DNA from: Narcine bancroftii
Lineage: Eukaryota
NCBI RefSeq assembly: GCF_036971445.1
Contig: NC_091475.1
Coordinates: 26,660,001-26,724,000, forward strand
DNA: 64,000 bases
Direction of reading: 5' to 3'
Shown: positions 37,864 through 51,400 of the stretch, piece after piece
Numbering within the stretch: position 1 is the stretch's first letter
How the letters are laid out: each line of letters opens with the position of its first letter
Translations under genes and position numbers: made by a program
Notes under the pieces: generated by a model
What the model saw: the letters and a program-made list of their open reading frames with translations, nothing else
Told to the model about the DNA's origin: nothing
Databases searched by the model: none

Positions 37864-38298
37864 CTTCAAGCATTAAAAACCATGAAGTGCAACATTTCAG
37901 TGAAAATTCACTTTCTGTATTCACGCTTGGACTTTTTCCCTGCTGATCTTGGTGCAGTCAGTGACGGACATGGGGAACGGTTTCACTAGGACATTGCGAC
38001 CATGGAAAAGCGGTATCAGGGCAACTGGAATCCATCAATTGCTGGCCAACTATCGTTGAACACTGACACTGAGTACAAACAAAAATCAGGAGGAAAAAAA
38101 CCACTTTTAGGTCAGTTAAATTAATACAATGTGTCAGTATCATGATGCGATTAAACATGCTAAATTCAAAAATAAGTTAATTTAATGTTTCTCCAAATTC
38201 CTATGTGATACAGCAAATCTGAAATGATCTTTCTGTTCAGCTTGATCCTCAATTTCTTATCAGGAAGCAAAACTTTGGAAAAAAATTGTTGCCCAGTG
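37864..38298 (+). mobile_element. Chapaev3 (CMC) DNA transposon 3' end
   Basis: Peptide KCNISVKIHFLYSRLDFFPADLGAVSDGHGERFH*DIATMEKRYQGNWNPS is the Chapaev3 transposase C-terminus. The element ends ...TTGTTGCCCAGTG (CACTG-type terminus). Confidence 0.8.
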
Positions 38299-38908
38299 TT
38301 TTCATTTGGCAGGCTAACCACCGGAACCCCACTCAATGCACTGTCCAATGTTGCATTTGAACAGTGAGAAAGAGAAAGTCATTCATGCCAGTCCAACAAA
38401 GTAACATTGGTCTCTATTACCTCTCTTGCTCTGCTGAGTTTGCCTGGATATGGAGTTGTCTTTGCTGCCATTGTCATCTTGGTCACATTTTTTGATACCT
38501 TGCTGACTTACTGTTCTAGCCTGTATGGAGCCCACAGCAACAAAGGCTCACACACCATGTTGAAAGTGATAACTGCTGGCATGAATGACAAAGTTCGACG
38601 ACATTCTCATTTGTGAAAGAAAGATGACTCAAATATTGCTTGTCAATGAAGTTTAGGACCGTGAACCTTACCAATTCACTCCATTCACCAGTGCAGCCAA
38701 ACCACATCAAAAAGGCAGCTAAAAACAGTGATGTCTGCAAAGTAATTATCTCAATAGTTAACCGTTCTGACACAGAACAGGCCAAATTCATCCAGAAATG
38801 ACAAGGCAGCAACTAAACACTTTAAGGACACAGATGCTGGATTTCTGGAGAGGTAAGTTACTTGCTTTAATCATCGGCTTTTGAAATCATGTTGTGCTTG
38901 GTCTATCA

Positions 38909-39140
38909 CCGGGGTTCCCAACCTGGGGTACATGTACCCCCAGTGGTCCATTTGCACTTTTCAGGGGATACATTGGGTCTGAGAGAATAACCACTACCGT
39001 ACATTATACTTGGTGTTGTAATCTGCGGTCAGATTGCACAATGTTGTGTTTTTTTTAAATCCTTAATTTTTAGGGGTACACAGGAACCTATAAAAAAATG
39101 CCCAAGGGGTACAGAGGAACAAAAAGGTTGGGAACCCCTG
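38909..39140. mobile_element. hAT MITE
   Basis: TIRs CCGGGGTTCCCAACCT / AGGTTGGGAACCCCTG and a perfect 8-bp TSD GTCTATCA (38901-38908 and 39141-39148). Confidence 0.9.
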
Positions 39141-40322
39141 GTCTATCAGATGCATTTTAAGATGCATTTTCACTTCTCATTTTTATGTTTTGTCAGGTCA
39201 TCAATTCATCTTAGACAGATGGTAAATATATTGATTACACTACCAATATTCTCATGTGTGTTGCTTGGAGTCAGCGTCACACATTACAAAAAAATAAGTT
39301 CATCAGCATAATTTCATAATCTCCTTTCCAGTGGTTCATTGTTAAAAAATTGTGATCTCATCAGCCTAAATGGGAAGTTTACAATAAACAGCTGTAGATT
39401 ATATTAACTAGCTCCACTGCAAATGAACAGTTACAGGCTGTACTGAATACCACAAGGAGTTTAAAATATGTTGCATGAACAACTTCCAATAGAGTTCACA
39501 GTCACTCAGTAGGTGGAAAGAGGCCAGTGCTCTTGCTAAATGTTCTTTGTTCTTTTGTTGGTTATTTTCATCTCCAAATGAAAGAATACAGAAACATTCA
39601 CAGAAACACCAGAAGTTCAAGACATCTGAGCTAGAGCTATTCCCATTACAGAACTCCTTCTGTTTGAATGTGTGATCAGAGACTTGCTCTGGATTCTGGT
39701 TATTATTGGGCTTGCTAAGATCACAAAGCATTGAAGGGTATTTATAAAATATTATTTGTCACTGTGTTTCATTTCTTTATTCCATTGTAGTTAAGAGGTC
39801 TCGGCACAGCAGCTCAGATACTCTGCTTGAGCTCAGAGTTACTTCTTTTGTCCAATGAATAATATCATAAAATAATTGCACATATTTCATGTTTATTCCC
39901 ACACTTCATTATTCACTTGCCTTGCACAATAATATCTTTCTCCCTAACATAAGTGGCAGAATCAAACTCACTTTCTCACTTTATTTTTGCAAGATGAAAA
40001 TTTACAGCAATGTTCCCTTTAAAACACAAGGGAAATCATACATTTTGAATTAGAAGCAATACAAAATGGATTGTTTTTTCAGTAAAGTCACAGTCAGACC
40101 ATATATATCAAATTTTGCAGACATACAAAATCAGATGCAAATTGCAATGGCTGGAGTTCATTTAATACTCTCCTGAGGCAGCAATTTTGCTTTCTTTACA
40201 CTTCAGATGATATACACTTCAAAATTCTGGACCAAAAAAGAGCATTAAAGTAGGTGTGGGGGTGGGAACGTTTGGCACAAAGTTCTATTTCAAGAATAGA
40301 ATCGGGCCCATGCTTGAAAATA

Positions 40323-40534
40323 CAGTAAAACCCCTTGTATCTGCCACCTTTGGGGATTGATAGATGCCGGATAAGTGAATTTACCAGTTGCTTCAGGTTG
40401 TGCGATCGGTGAACTAATGGCGAGACGTGTGGATTTTAAACTTTGTATTTTATACCTATTTATTTTCCACAATTCTTTTGCTTCTTGCTTGAGGCTGCCG
40501 ATTGCTCGAATTCTGGATAACAGGGATTTAACTG
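40323..40534. mobile_element. pogo/Tigger-like MITE
   Basis: Inverted ends TA|CAGTAAAACCCCTTGTATC ... GATAACAGGGATTTAACTG. Confidence 0.65.
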
Positions 40535-42385
40535 GATATGCAATTGTGGAGCTAGTGGAGGAAATCTATAATGAGGATCATGGGAGCAGAGGGTAGAAGA
40601 GGACTGTGGGGGTAAAGAGAGAATAGGGCTTTGAGCCAGGAGATGGTAGATTGCAGGAACAGCCAGGGCATCAGAAGAATTATCAATGGAGAATGAAGCA
40701 GTGAAAGGCACCAGAGAATCGGATAAAGGAGGGGTGGAGATGCACTCGGGCTGGAAGGATTTGGAATGGATACCCAAACATAGTCCTGGAAACACAGTAT
40801 GGAGGAGTGGGGGTTTGAGTGAAAGCAAATACAAAGCTGGATTCTTAAAGGATATGTCACTGCAAGAGGATTGCTTTCTCAGACTTACTAGGGAGGGTAA
40901 GGCTGGTGCTCTTGGATTTCTGGAACATGTTGACCCATATACAGATGACCAGGAATATTTGACAATCACATCTAATATCACATCACTCTCTTGGAACACA
41001 AAAAGGTTGTGCTGCACAAAATAACCTTTTGGCCCAAGTTCTTTTGCTGGAGAAATGAATGCTTAATCTGATTCTTAGCAAGATGCACGTTTTCTTTCTC
41101 CAAAAGACTTTCATTTACACATCAGCTCCGGGACACCAAGGCATTCAACCAAACACCTCTCACTCAACCCATCAGTTATCTCAAACCACACCCATGCTAA
41201 AGCTCTGATTTTTAAAAAAACTAGATTACTTGTTAGCTCAGTCCCTTTGAGGACAACTAGATGGGCCATTCACAAAAAAGTAGAGCATGTGTCACAGGTA
41301 CTGCTCATTTGACCCATCCTTGTCACAGGACTCTCACTTCCAAACTTTAATAAGGCCCCTGGCTTCTTCACTCTTAAGATGATCACATGGAATCAGATTG
41401 GATTGCAGCAGGATTGAGAAAACCAAGTCTAAATCAGCACTTAGACATCAGGTGTATCTCTGGTACAAAACCAAATTGACTTCTCTGCAGATAGAAAACA
41501 AATAATTATTGAACCAAGGGCCCCTCTCTGCAACTTAAAACATACTAATTTTCCTTCTCTTTTATTGTTTTGATGGAGGAAGCTTGAATAAAAATATTGA
41601 CTCAGTTTCTCTCCCCATGGATGCTCCCTGACCTGCTGAGTGCTTCCAGCATTTTCTATGCTTTGTCGTGATTCTGTAGTTTTGGTGGTCCTGCTGTTTA
41701 CCCAAATGCCTGGGTTTTATGCAGATGGTATACCTGCACAAACAATCCTGACAGGTTTTAATGCAAAGAACTTAGGCAAAAACATCAAGAATTTACCCAA
41801 AATAAGTGGGGGGGGGGGGGGGGAAGTCATCTTCAAATCCCTTCAAAAAGTTCCCTGCACTTACAGCTTTCCTCTGGATTCCACTAATAGCCACGCACAG
41901 CACCTCTCTCCAATAGAAGTTGCACCAGATGCCGCCTGCTCTCATTTAAAAACTGGCACTCTGCATGTTTAAAGCAGGTGACTGAAAAAATGTACATCTT
42001 AAAAACCTCTCCATAAAAAAATATAAAAATTAAAAAGCAGTAAACACAAACAATAAAAACATCATAAAAATTCATAGACCTTTGTTTGACTTTGTACATT
42101 CTCCATCCACCTAAAGTGTCTGTCAGCCTAAGATTATAGTCACCGGAGGCAAGATGAACTCTTAAGTGTATACGGACAACCGGCGGAGATGTCTCTACAC
42201 ATTTCCCATTTGGCAAGCATCGCTAATGGTCAAATTAAGATGATGACAGTGGATAGTTTCAGATTTCTTGATCATTTTAACATTCCATTTGGATGATCAC
42301 TTGTGTGAACATTTCCCTAGCAACGAAGTATTTCGTTATTTCTGATGCAGTTCCTTCAGCAACAATGGAGTGTTACAAAAATAAT

Positions 42386-42615
42386 TTATTCAGTACATTG
42401 TATCACACTTGCCTCCCCTTCGGTCTTTGGATCAGCAAAGATTGTTTCAATCGGTGTCCAAAGACTATTTTCTTTTGGAGATGTCTGTGGTTTTCCCGGG
42501 TTCCAGTAAAAGTACACAGCAACAATGATAAGAGCAATGAAGATTATAAATGGGTAGACAAATATGAAGTAGAAGAGGGTTGGAGAAGCACATGCCTTTG
42601 AGTAAAGCGTAACAT
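42386..42615 (-). CDS. CD101: Terminal coding exon: transmembrane helix + cytoplasmic tail
   Basis: Acceptor cctttatttctag|AT in phase 1. Reads [57 protein letters not shown]...QCTE*. TAA is at 42386-42388. Confidence 0.9.
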
Positions 42616-45358
42616 CTAGAAATAAAGGACAAAATAAAGTTACAATGGGTAAAGTTCTTTGAAACAACAAATCATAAATCTTATAATCTCACCCTTCCAG
42701 TTCCTGAATACATATTTTCAATCAAGGACATTTTCTATTCGAGATCACCATTAATCATTCAGCGACTAATTATTGTACATCTGATGTGTTTTGTCAGTGC
42801 AGTCCGCATACCAACATATCTGATGAATAAGCCTTATCCACGAGCCCCATCCTTGCAGGATATTATTTGTAAGTTGAGGACGTCAGGGTTGAAAGCGGCT
42901 TGAATCCAGACATTCACTCCCCGTAAAGCCCTGCCTCAGGACAAATGATCCGTGCCATTTGCAGACAAGTCCGCTCAACATCACAGTATTGTGAGATTAC
43001 GTGATAAGCATCATTTGGCATCATTGCAAAATATCCAGATAGCTGGTCCATGCACATCATTCGAATGGAGGACCTGGAACCAAACCAGTGTCCCATGAGA
43101 GAAAAAAAATCATCAGTACTTGCTCGGGGTTTTGAATTGTATCCATCACTACAGAGCAAAGCTCCATGGCTAGTTCATATCATAACGTTTGTATTCGGGT
43201 TAATGTAATGTTTGACTATTGTTTCACCAATAAATAGATGCACAAAACAAGACACTGATGCATTTATACAATCAACACGAAAATTTCACAGAATTCAGAA
43301 CAGCAGTCAACAAACTAATCAAGTATAATCACAGCAGAATGTCCAACAGAGGAAGTTGTGACCAAACTGTATTATAAATCCAGAAACTGACTAGTCTTGT
43401 GGGAGGCTTTGCTCTGAGACAAGACTGGAGTCTCAGTTGAAGCCAGCCAAACAGATGCAGACAGAAAAAGACAGATGTTCAGAAAAAAACCCAGCTGGCT
43501 GGGAGAGTTGGACCTCTCTCTCTTCATGCTAAGCAGGCATTGCTGATCTCGATCCCCAAGAGGTTTATCTGTAACAACTCTCAAATCCTCCTTTGGATCA
43601 GTAGCTTAAACTCTGCCAGGTCCCACTTGTGGAATAAGTTTCACCAGAAATTCAGACAATCAACTAGTTTCTTCAGCAGTACCTTGAACAAAAATCAAGA
43701 TATTCTGACTCGTTTTTTTAAAAAAACATCCTTCAGGACTCCCATTGTCCCAACTCCTTCGCACTCCACTGATTCAACCTTCCCATACACCAGATTCCTG
43801 AACGAATCTCCCCCAATTCACCAATGACTGAAACCCTAACCCCCGCACAACGACCATTTCACACCCAACTTGAACAGGACTAGCATTTCTAGACCCTGTT
43901 ACTAATGAATGGCAATAGTTAACTTTTGTGCTAATCTCTATTCTAATATATAACTATGTTTTCATCTCTAACCTTTTTGTTCTCAACAAACCCCCCACCT
44001 CCACCTCACCTATTAGCTCCAGACCTGGCCTGAATGGAATTGTTTTGAATACTTTGCACTGGAACAATGGACCAAGAAAAGACCTTTTCGAGTACAAGGG
44101 TGATACAATAGTATTTGATGCTTTGGGCCTGCTCAACAGCACCTTTACGAGAAAAATAACAACACCTTCTCAGGAGAAGTTAAGGATGAATGATAAATAT
44201 CGATATTGCCAGCAATGGCCAGGACATTAAAAAGGAACAAGTTTAGGAAGTTTATAAAATTTAAGAAATAAAATCACCTGCTGTTATAATGTCAAGGCAA
44301 TCAGATAACATACTAACAAGTAACTGGCCTAAAGTATTGCCCAATAGCAATGTTATGGAAGAAGCAGATAAAGCAGACGTCAGGGTAACAAGTCAAAGGA
44401 ATCCAGTTGTTTCATTCAAAAGGACTCAATCTGACAGGTAAAGCAGATATCCCTAAGCAGCTATCACAGTAGCAGTTATATTTGATTTACATATGTTGTT
44501 ATTTTCAAGAGTAGACAATCCTTTAATCTGGATCTATTGACAGAACGGTACCTCACCTATAAACATGTCTGCTTCTTCTAGAAGGAGAAAGCTGCACAGA
44601 TAGAAGGTGGGTTTTTTTAAAAAAAAGGCTGAATGTGGGAAAACACCACAAGAACATTGACTAAATCAAAAAGAAAATCATTTCATTGATCAAACCCCAA
44701 GGCAGAATCAAGTCGCAAAATGAAGGAGTTCTATTATCAGGAGTTAGCAAAGCTCCACAATAGGGAGAGACCAAATACAAACCATAGGAATGATTTCTGC
44801 CTAGTTAGAATATCACCCAACAGCATGGACCTTGAATTCTCCAATTTAAGGTAACCAGGTACCTCCTCTCTTCCCTTTTCTCCCCTCTGAACAACTTGAG
44901 TCCTCTCGCACACCCATTCTTTCCAATCCTTCTTCCCCTGTAACCCAGGTATATTCTCCTCCCCAACCTAGATCCACCAGTCTTTCACCCATGTACTCAA
45001 CCCACTGGGTTCTCTATCCCCTCCCCCTACTGTTCCCATCCACTCACCACGATGCTCCAATCTGGTTCCATTCATCACCTTCCTTTCTTATCAGATTCTA
45101 TAATCTATGGCACTTTATGTGTCCATTTATTGCCTCCCTGCTCATTATCTCCACCTGGCTTCTTCTGTCTATCATCCTCTTTCCATCTTAATCCACCTAA
45201 TGGTTGCTAGCTCCCACCTCTTTATACTGGCCATCTCCCCTTCACACTGTCAGACCTGATAGAGTCCTGTCCACAATTCCTTTACCTCCACAGGTGCTAT
45301 CTGACCCACCAAGTTGCTTCAGTAGTTCATGTTTTTGCTCTACATCTTTTCAGTTAGC

Positions 45359-45449
<91 letters not shown>

Positions 45450-48400
45450 GTTTTTTTTTAATGTCAATGATCCTATTATATCTTACTTCCTAGATCAAGC
45501 CCAGTAACATAATTAAAGCAGAGAAGTACCACTGAATATTGAAGTATTCAATGTTATAAAGAGCTCTGAATAATTATGTGCATTACAAGTGGAGATTATA
45601 AAACAAGTAAATCAATCATGTGCCAAAAGCCAATGAAAACGTATTTGGGCCTTGAGTCATGTGTTGGTGGCCCCCAAGGTAATACCAATATTGACAGTAC
45701 TTCAATAATAGAACAGATTGAATGACATGGAACTAACAAGGCCACATAACCAATAAAAACAAAGCCAATGTGATGTAAATTAAGTATGTCAACAAATTGA
45801 GTGAAATACCTGGAATAATCAGAGGGGATTCCAGCGACCTGATACTAATTGGCTTAAAATACTGGGAATAGAGTTCCTACGATTAGCACAGGACTTCTTT
45901 CACCAATATGACCACCCTCTTTCACTTTGCACAATTGCCCCACTAGTCATTTCAGCTCTCTTGCCATCCACTTATCATAGACCTACCTTGAGGTTCTTAC
46001 ATCCTCCCTCCTTCTTTCCTTAACTTTCCTATTCTGATGACAGGTCCTTGACTAGAATTTTAATTCTGTTTCTCTCTCCTTGCCCTGCTGAGTATTACCT
46101 GCACTTTGTACTCATGTAGAAAACCTGGATGATTCACTGGTGGATTGAGTAATGAAGAATGAATAGCAACAGGTAACATAAGTAAAAGGGAGGCAAACAT
46201 TTAAGTCCTAGTGACCATAATATAGCACGATTTAAGATAATTATTGAGGACATAGGTCCGAGATTGGGAAACAAGCAATGCTGAGGGACAAGATTAGATA
46301 CTGCTAAATAAAATGCAGAACATTATTGGCAAACAATGAGCTGAAGCAACAATGGGGAATCTTTAAATAAGTTTTCAGAGCCTAGGAAAGCATATACTGC
46401 TAAAAGATTTAAAATCTAATGAAGCACCATGGGCAAATAAAGATGCAAAAGGAAAAAAAAACAGCAGAGGGAAAAAGCCAAACAATGCACGTTAGGGAGC
46501 ACATGATAAGAGAGATTACAAAAGATTAGAAAAACATTTTTTAATTAACTAGGACTGCAAGGAAGAAAAATGGAATTATCAAAGGATAAAATATTAAATG
46601 AGTGGAAGATTCTACAGACAACAATGAAACGAAATGTTGGGGTACTATTAGGCCACTATCAGATGGACAGATGAAGTCACAGACTGTATTTAGACCATGA
46701 CAGTGACATTAGATCATTACTTTTAGGCTGTATTTATCAGAGAGTTTGATCAGACAAACATGACATTAAAACATGAGATTAAAATTATATTTAAAATTAA
46801 TAGAGGAACATTAATTTTAAAAATCATATGAAGACATTCAAAGATCTTGTTCTGAATGGATTACTTCAATGTTAAAATAATCCAAGGAATAGTTAACAGC
46901 GACACAATTACACATGTATAATAATTAGTTTCAAACAGATGCCAAGGGCCTGAACAATGTGATGTATGAAAAAGGGAAACAGGAAATGTCCAGAGAATAA
47001 AAGTGCTGTTAGTCTAACTTCAGTGATACAAAAAATAATGGAATCTTTCTGAAGAAAATAGAAGCAACCAGAAACAACAACAAAAAACAATTAATGCTAA
47101 TTTCTCACAGAGTTAGGTTCAACTTCAATTAATTCATTGAAATTGCAAAAGTAGAGAAGGCTGCCATTTCAGTTTCTGAAAAGGTTCCATATCCAAACTA
47201 AATGAGTATGGTCAGAGCATGAATAATTAGGGGAGATGAATCAGAATAGATAACTAGCTAGTTACAAGGCAGGCAGATAGCAGTTGGGTTAGACTTTGGA
47301 CTCCCAAATGCAATTTTAAAATTTGGGGATGACACCATGTTGTTTGAATGGGTTAGTGCAAAGTTAGGGGTAATTCACAAACGAGAACCATCTTGCAGAA
47401 TAGACATACAATTTGCAAAAGTAAATGTCTACATATTTATTACGCATTAGCTCTTTCTTCTGAAAGGAAACTGCATATGTTTTTGGAATTTAAATGAACT
47501 CTGAGATTTTACAGAATAAATATTCAAATCACGATCTCTGTCAATAAGACCACAATGAAATTGAACTAAGCTTCTATGTTTCTTTTGAGAGATGGAAGCA
47601 CAGGCATTAAGCTAAATTAGTTTTGAATCTTAGTTAGATTACATTTAGAGTATAATATGCAATTATAAAAGGGAAGATGGAGGTGTCCCAACTGGAAAAT
47701 AAATCCCAACATGGTCAAATGGGCCACTTCTGTGCTTCATGAATCGGTACACAACTTCCTCTTTTTCAATATACATCACAGATTTTTTAATTTGGAAAAT
47801 TAAATTATTCCAAGAAAGAGTTTCTTCATTCAAAGTATGCTTTGAGTATAATTTTATGGTTAGCTAATACACTAAAGCTTATTAAAGATGGGATAAAATA
47901 AGAGAGTTGGCGAGAAAAGCAATAGTACTCAAGGCAGAGGACAATGAAAGCATTTGCCCAGCATTCAGCTACTTCAGAATTTCCCAAAATACTTTTTTTT
48001 GCTGATGAAATACTTACATAGAGCCTGTTATCATTTATAGAATGAATTTTACTCATTTTAGCTAGATGCCAAATGCAGATAAAGATTGCTTTTTCAAAAT
48101 TAAAATAAAATGACAAAAACTAGAAAATAGAAAAAAAATGACAAAAAATAGAAAATAGAAAAAAAAAGACAAAAAATAGAAAATAGAAAAAAATGACAAA
48201 AAATAGAAAATAGAAAAAAATGACAAAAAATAGAAAATAGAAAAAAAAATGACAAAAAATAGAAAATAGAAAAAATAGAAACAGAAAATAAGGAAAATAT
48301 GGAACAGACCAGGTAGCTTCAGAGGAAAGAGAAGCAGAACTAACATTTCAGGTTAAAGACCCTTCATTGCGTCTGGGAAACTGAGAAAACATGTCGGTTA

Positions 48401-51400
48401 AAATTCCCTTTTTTGGATGCTGTCATGATAGTTCTCAACAGATGGGTCATGTTCTAAAAGAGGGAGCTTTTAATGAAATATGTTGATTCTGGTAAAAATA
48501 TTTTATTCATTACCTGATGTTTGAACATGCAGGGTTGTTAGTCCAGACCGATTGCTTCCTTGCAAAGCCCATTGATTCTGGGAGCTCAAGACCCATTCTT
48601 CTACTTCGCAGAAGTAAATACCACTGTCGCTAGGTGCAGCATTCTGTACCATCAGCTTGTAGTTATTGTTGGAAACCTTGGCACTTTGAAATTTTAACTT
48701 CTGAGAATTTGTTTGCAAACTTCCATAGTACTTGAGGATGTTATTACGGTCACTTTGGAGAAGCTTTTTCCACGGTGCCTTAGGATCCACCTCATTCTGG
48801 AAGTACCAAGTCACTGAAAACTGTGACTGTGCCTGTGTTTGGTTAATAATAAGGCACTCAAGTTCAAAAGCAGCATCCTCACTGATCGATTCATGTTTGT
48901 TATCATCAAAAACATGTAGATTTGCACCTGCCGAACCAGCAAAATATAAAGAAATGGTGAAGCCTGCTATGCATCGATAGAAACTGCACCGCATGTTTGG
49001 CCTTAAACATGAGGGAATTGTTACGAGCCCAGAGGACCCCAAAACCCAGCAGCAATAGATATTTGCCAAGACAAATGGTTACTTAAACAAAAGTTGCTTT
49101 TAATTATCTTTAAACATGAAAACATGATCACATTTTATCTTATCACTATTAAGTTACTTAACCCCCTTCTNNNNNNNNNNNNNNNNNNNNNNNNNNNNNN
49201 NNNNNNNNNNNNNNNNNNNNNNNNNNNNNNNNNNNNNNNNNNNNNNNNNNNNNNNNNNNNNNNNNNNNNNNNNNNNNNNNNNNNNNNNNNNNNNNNNNNN
49301 NNNNNNNNNNNNNNNNNNNNNNNNNATTCACAGTCCAATCTCACTTCTCATTCCTCCAAGTTCACTGGTTGCAGGCAATTCTTATACTGTGCACAGAATT
49401 TAACATTTATGAAGTTCACCAGGCTTTGGTGCTAGAAAGGTAAATGGTTACCACTCAGGAAGGTTCTTGTCAGTTTTCAGAGAGAGATTTGTTGTTCATT
49501 GGACACCCACAACTGATTCCTTGTAACCAGCCACTTCAGTGTCTTGCCGAAGAAACTTGCCACCTCAAGGTTTTCAAGATGATAACCTCTTTCTCTCAGG
49601 TCACCACAGAGTTCCTTTTTGTTTCCCTTATTTCAAGTGAAGCATTAGGCAGCAAGTCCTCTCCTCTTGCATAAACCACAAGGGCTTTGACCAGACTGAA
49701 CTAAAATGTGGGTTTTCCACAAGCTTGGCAGCTTGTCCTGTTCCAGTCCCAGCTGTTGCTGCTGACTGTAAAACTGAAGAACTGATCTCTCTCTCTCCCT
49801 CAGAGAAAAAAAGCTGTTCAACTCTCTCTGCTTGCAAACACCACATGACCCTCTTAGAACAGCAAGCTGCACTCCAGACAGCCTGCGGCTCCAAATGACC
49901 CTTCTGATCTCTTTCATCTGTTGCTTTTCAAAACAATCCATTAATGAAGTCTCTTGGGCACTCGCCAAAGTTTTTGCAAAGGCCCCCAGGAGCCGCCCTG
50001 TCTGGCTTGAGCAGAGCTCCAGTATTTTAAATGAGATCTGTTTTGAAGTGTTTGTTTATGACCTACACTAAAAAACCTACCCCAAATATTTCTCAAAAAC
50101 ATATCTATAATCTGTCACAGAATGTAAATCGTAATTTCTACATAGTCAAACCAAAATGTAAACAAATAACCTGGAATAAAATCCAGAAAGTGCACTTTAA
50201 TTAAATGTGAATTGTTTAATTACAAATTTAAAACTGAGAGCACAGAGCAAATAAAGGAAAAAATTGTCTGTCGCAATCATTATGGAGAGCACTGTACATC
50301 ATTGTCCCTGATTCTCATTCTGTCCAATCCTGATATTACCTAAGTAAATCCATTGTAGTATCACAGCTAACAGTAGAGTTAGGGTCTGCACTGCTCCTTC
50401 ATGCTATGCTCTCTATTCATGTTCCTTGTTACTTATTACAATCCAAGTATTCTTTTTTTATCAACATTATGCTTAGTTGATCATTTAAAACTATCCTGTG
50501 GTCCCTTGTGATCTCTATAATTCACCATTATCTAAAAAGATAAAGCAAAAAAAAGAGCTAAAAATTTGCAAACCCAAAAAACCAATCTAATAATGGTGCT
50601 ATGAAGGAGATGTGTAATTGTCTGCTTGTTGCCAACATATCTTGTGCAAGGAATTGCTTGCTTCGAGAATGCCAATTGTAATTTTGTTTGCATAATGTGG
50701 ATTTAGCACAAAATTATTTCAGTTGTCCTGCACATCTACCATTCCTGAACTCCTCGGAATGACTTCGGTATTGCATTACTTTTAAAAAAAAACAACCACT
50801 GCTTGGTTTACTTACAGCAGCCAAGGCTCAGCAATCAAAGATACACCGTTTCATCTTCATGTAAAGTGTGGACACCCAAGCCAGGGGCTCAGGAAAGTCC
50901 ACAAGGTCAGAAACGAGAGACTAAAATAAAGGTGGACAGGGTGATCAATGCTCAGAGAGGTGCCAGTGGGCAACGTGAATGTAATCAAAGACATGGGGAA
51001 AGTCAGGGATTTACAGCCAGAAAACAACATGAAATTAAAATCTAGCTCACCACTCTTTCCTTAATGAAGATAATGAAAAATTCTCTTTGAATGGCTGACA
51101 AGGTGTATTTCTTTTTTAAAATTCTTACACTCCTCTTTCTTCGCTCCACTCCCCTAACTGATTGCATATAATTATTTTTCCACTTTAATACCACAGCTTA
51201 TCCACTTAGGAAACTGATTAACTTACAAAATGCAATTTTGCATATTTCAGAAAACTGGGATAAAGTACACTGCAATGATTTCCCTGGTTTCAACATAGAA
51301 GCTTTATATTTTCCAGGCTACAGTCATGCAGCAATCTTTAGAACCACAAGAGGTAAAAAGTTGTTCCTTTCGAATCTGCGGTCATATTTCTTTTCTCCAC

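Noticed and set aside
40460-41024. Overlapping ORFs of 102-185 aa as a host gene
   Set aside because: No domain or splice support. The minus strand shows faint LINE endonuclease-like traces.
42914-43159. ORF in the last intron as an extra exon
   Set aside because: No Ig features. The plus strand shows an old RTE-like motif (HIIRMED).
43204-43902. Possible solo LTR (TGTAA...GTTAC)
   Set aside because: Composition is LTR-like, but the terminal CA and TSD are not clean, so it is not called.
45204-45461. His-Thr repeat protein ORF
   Set aside because: This is the translation of the (AC)n microsatellite.
42616-48513. An eighth Ig exon, which would favour IGSF3
   Set aside because: No ORF with V-set Cys/Trp motifs in this intron or in the other long introns. 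The N gap lies inside a TSD-flanked LTR, so it is unlikely to hide an exon.
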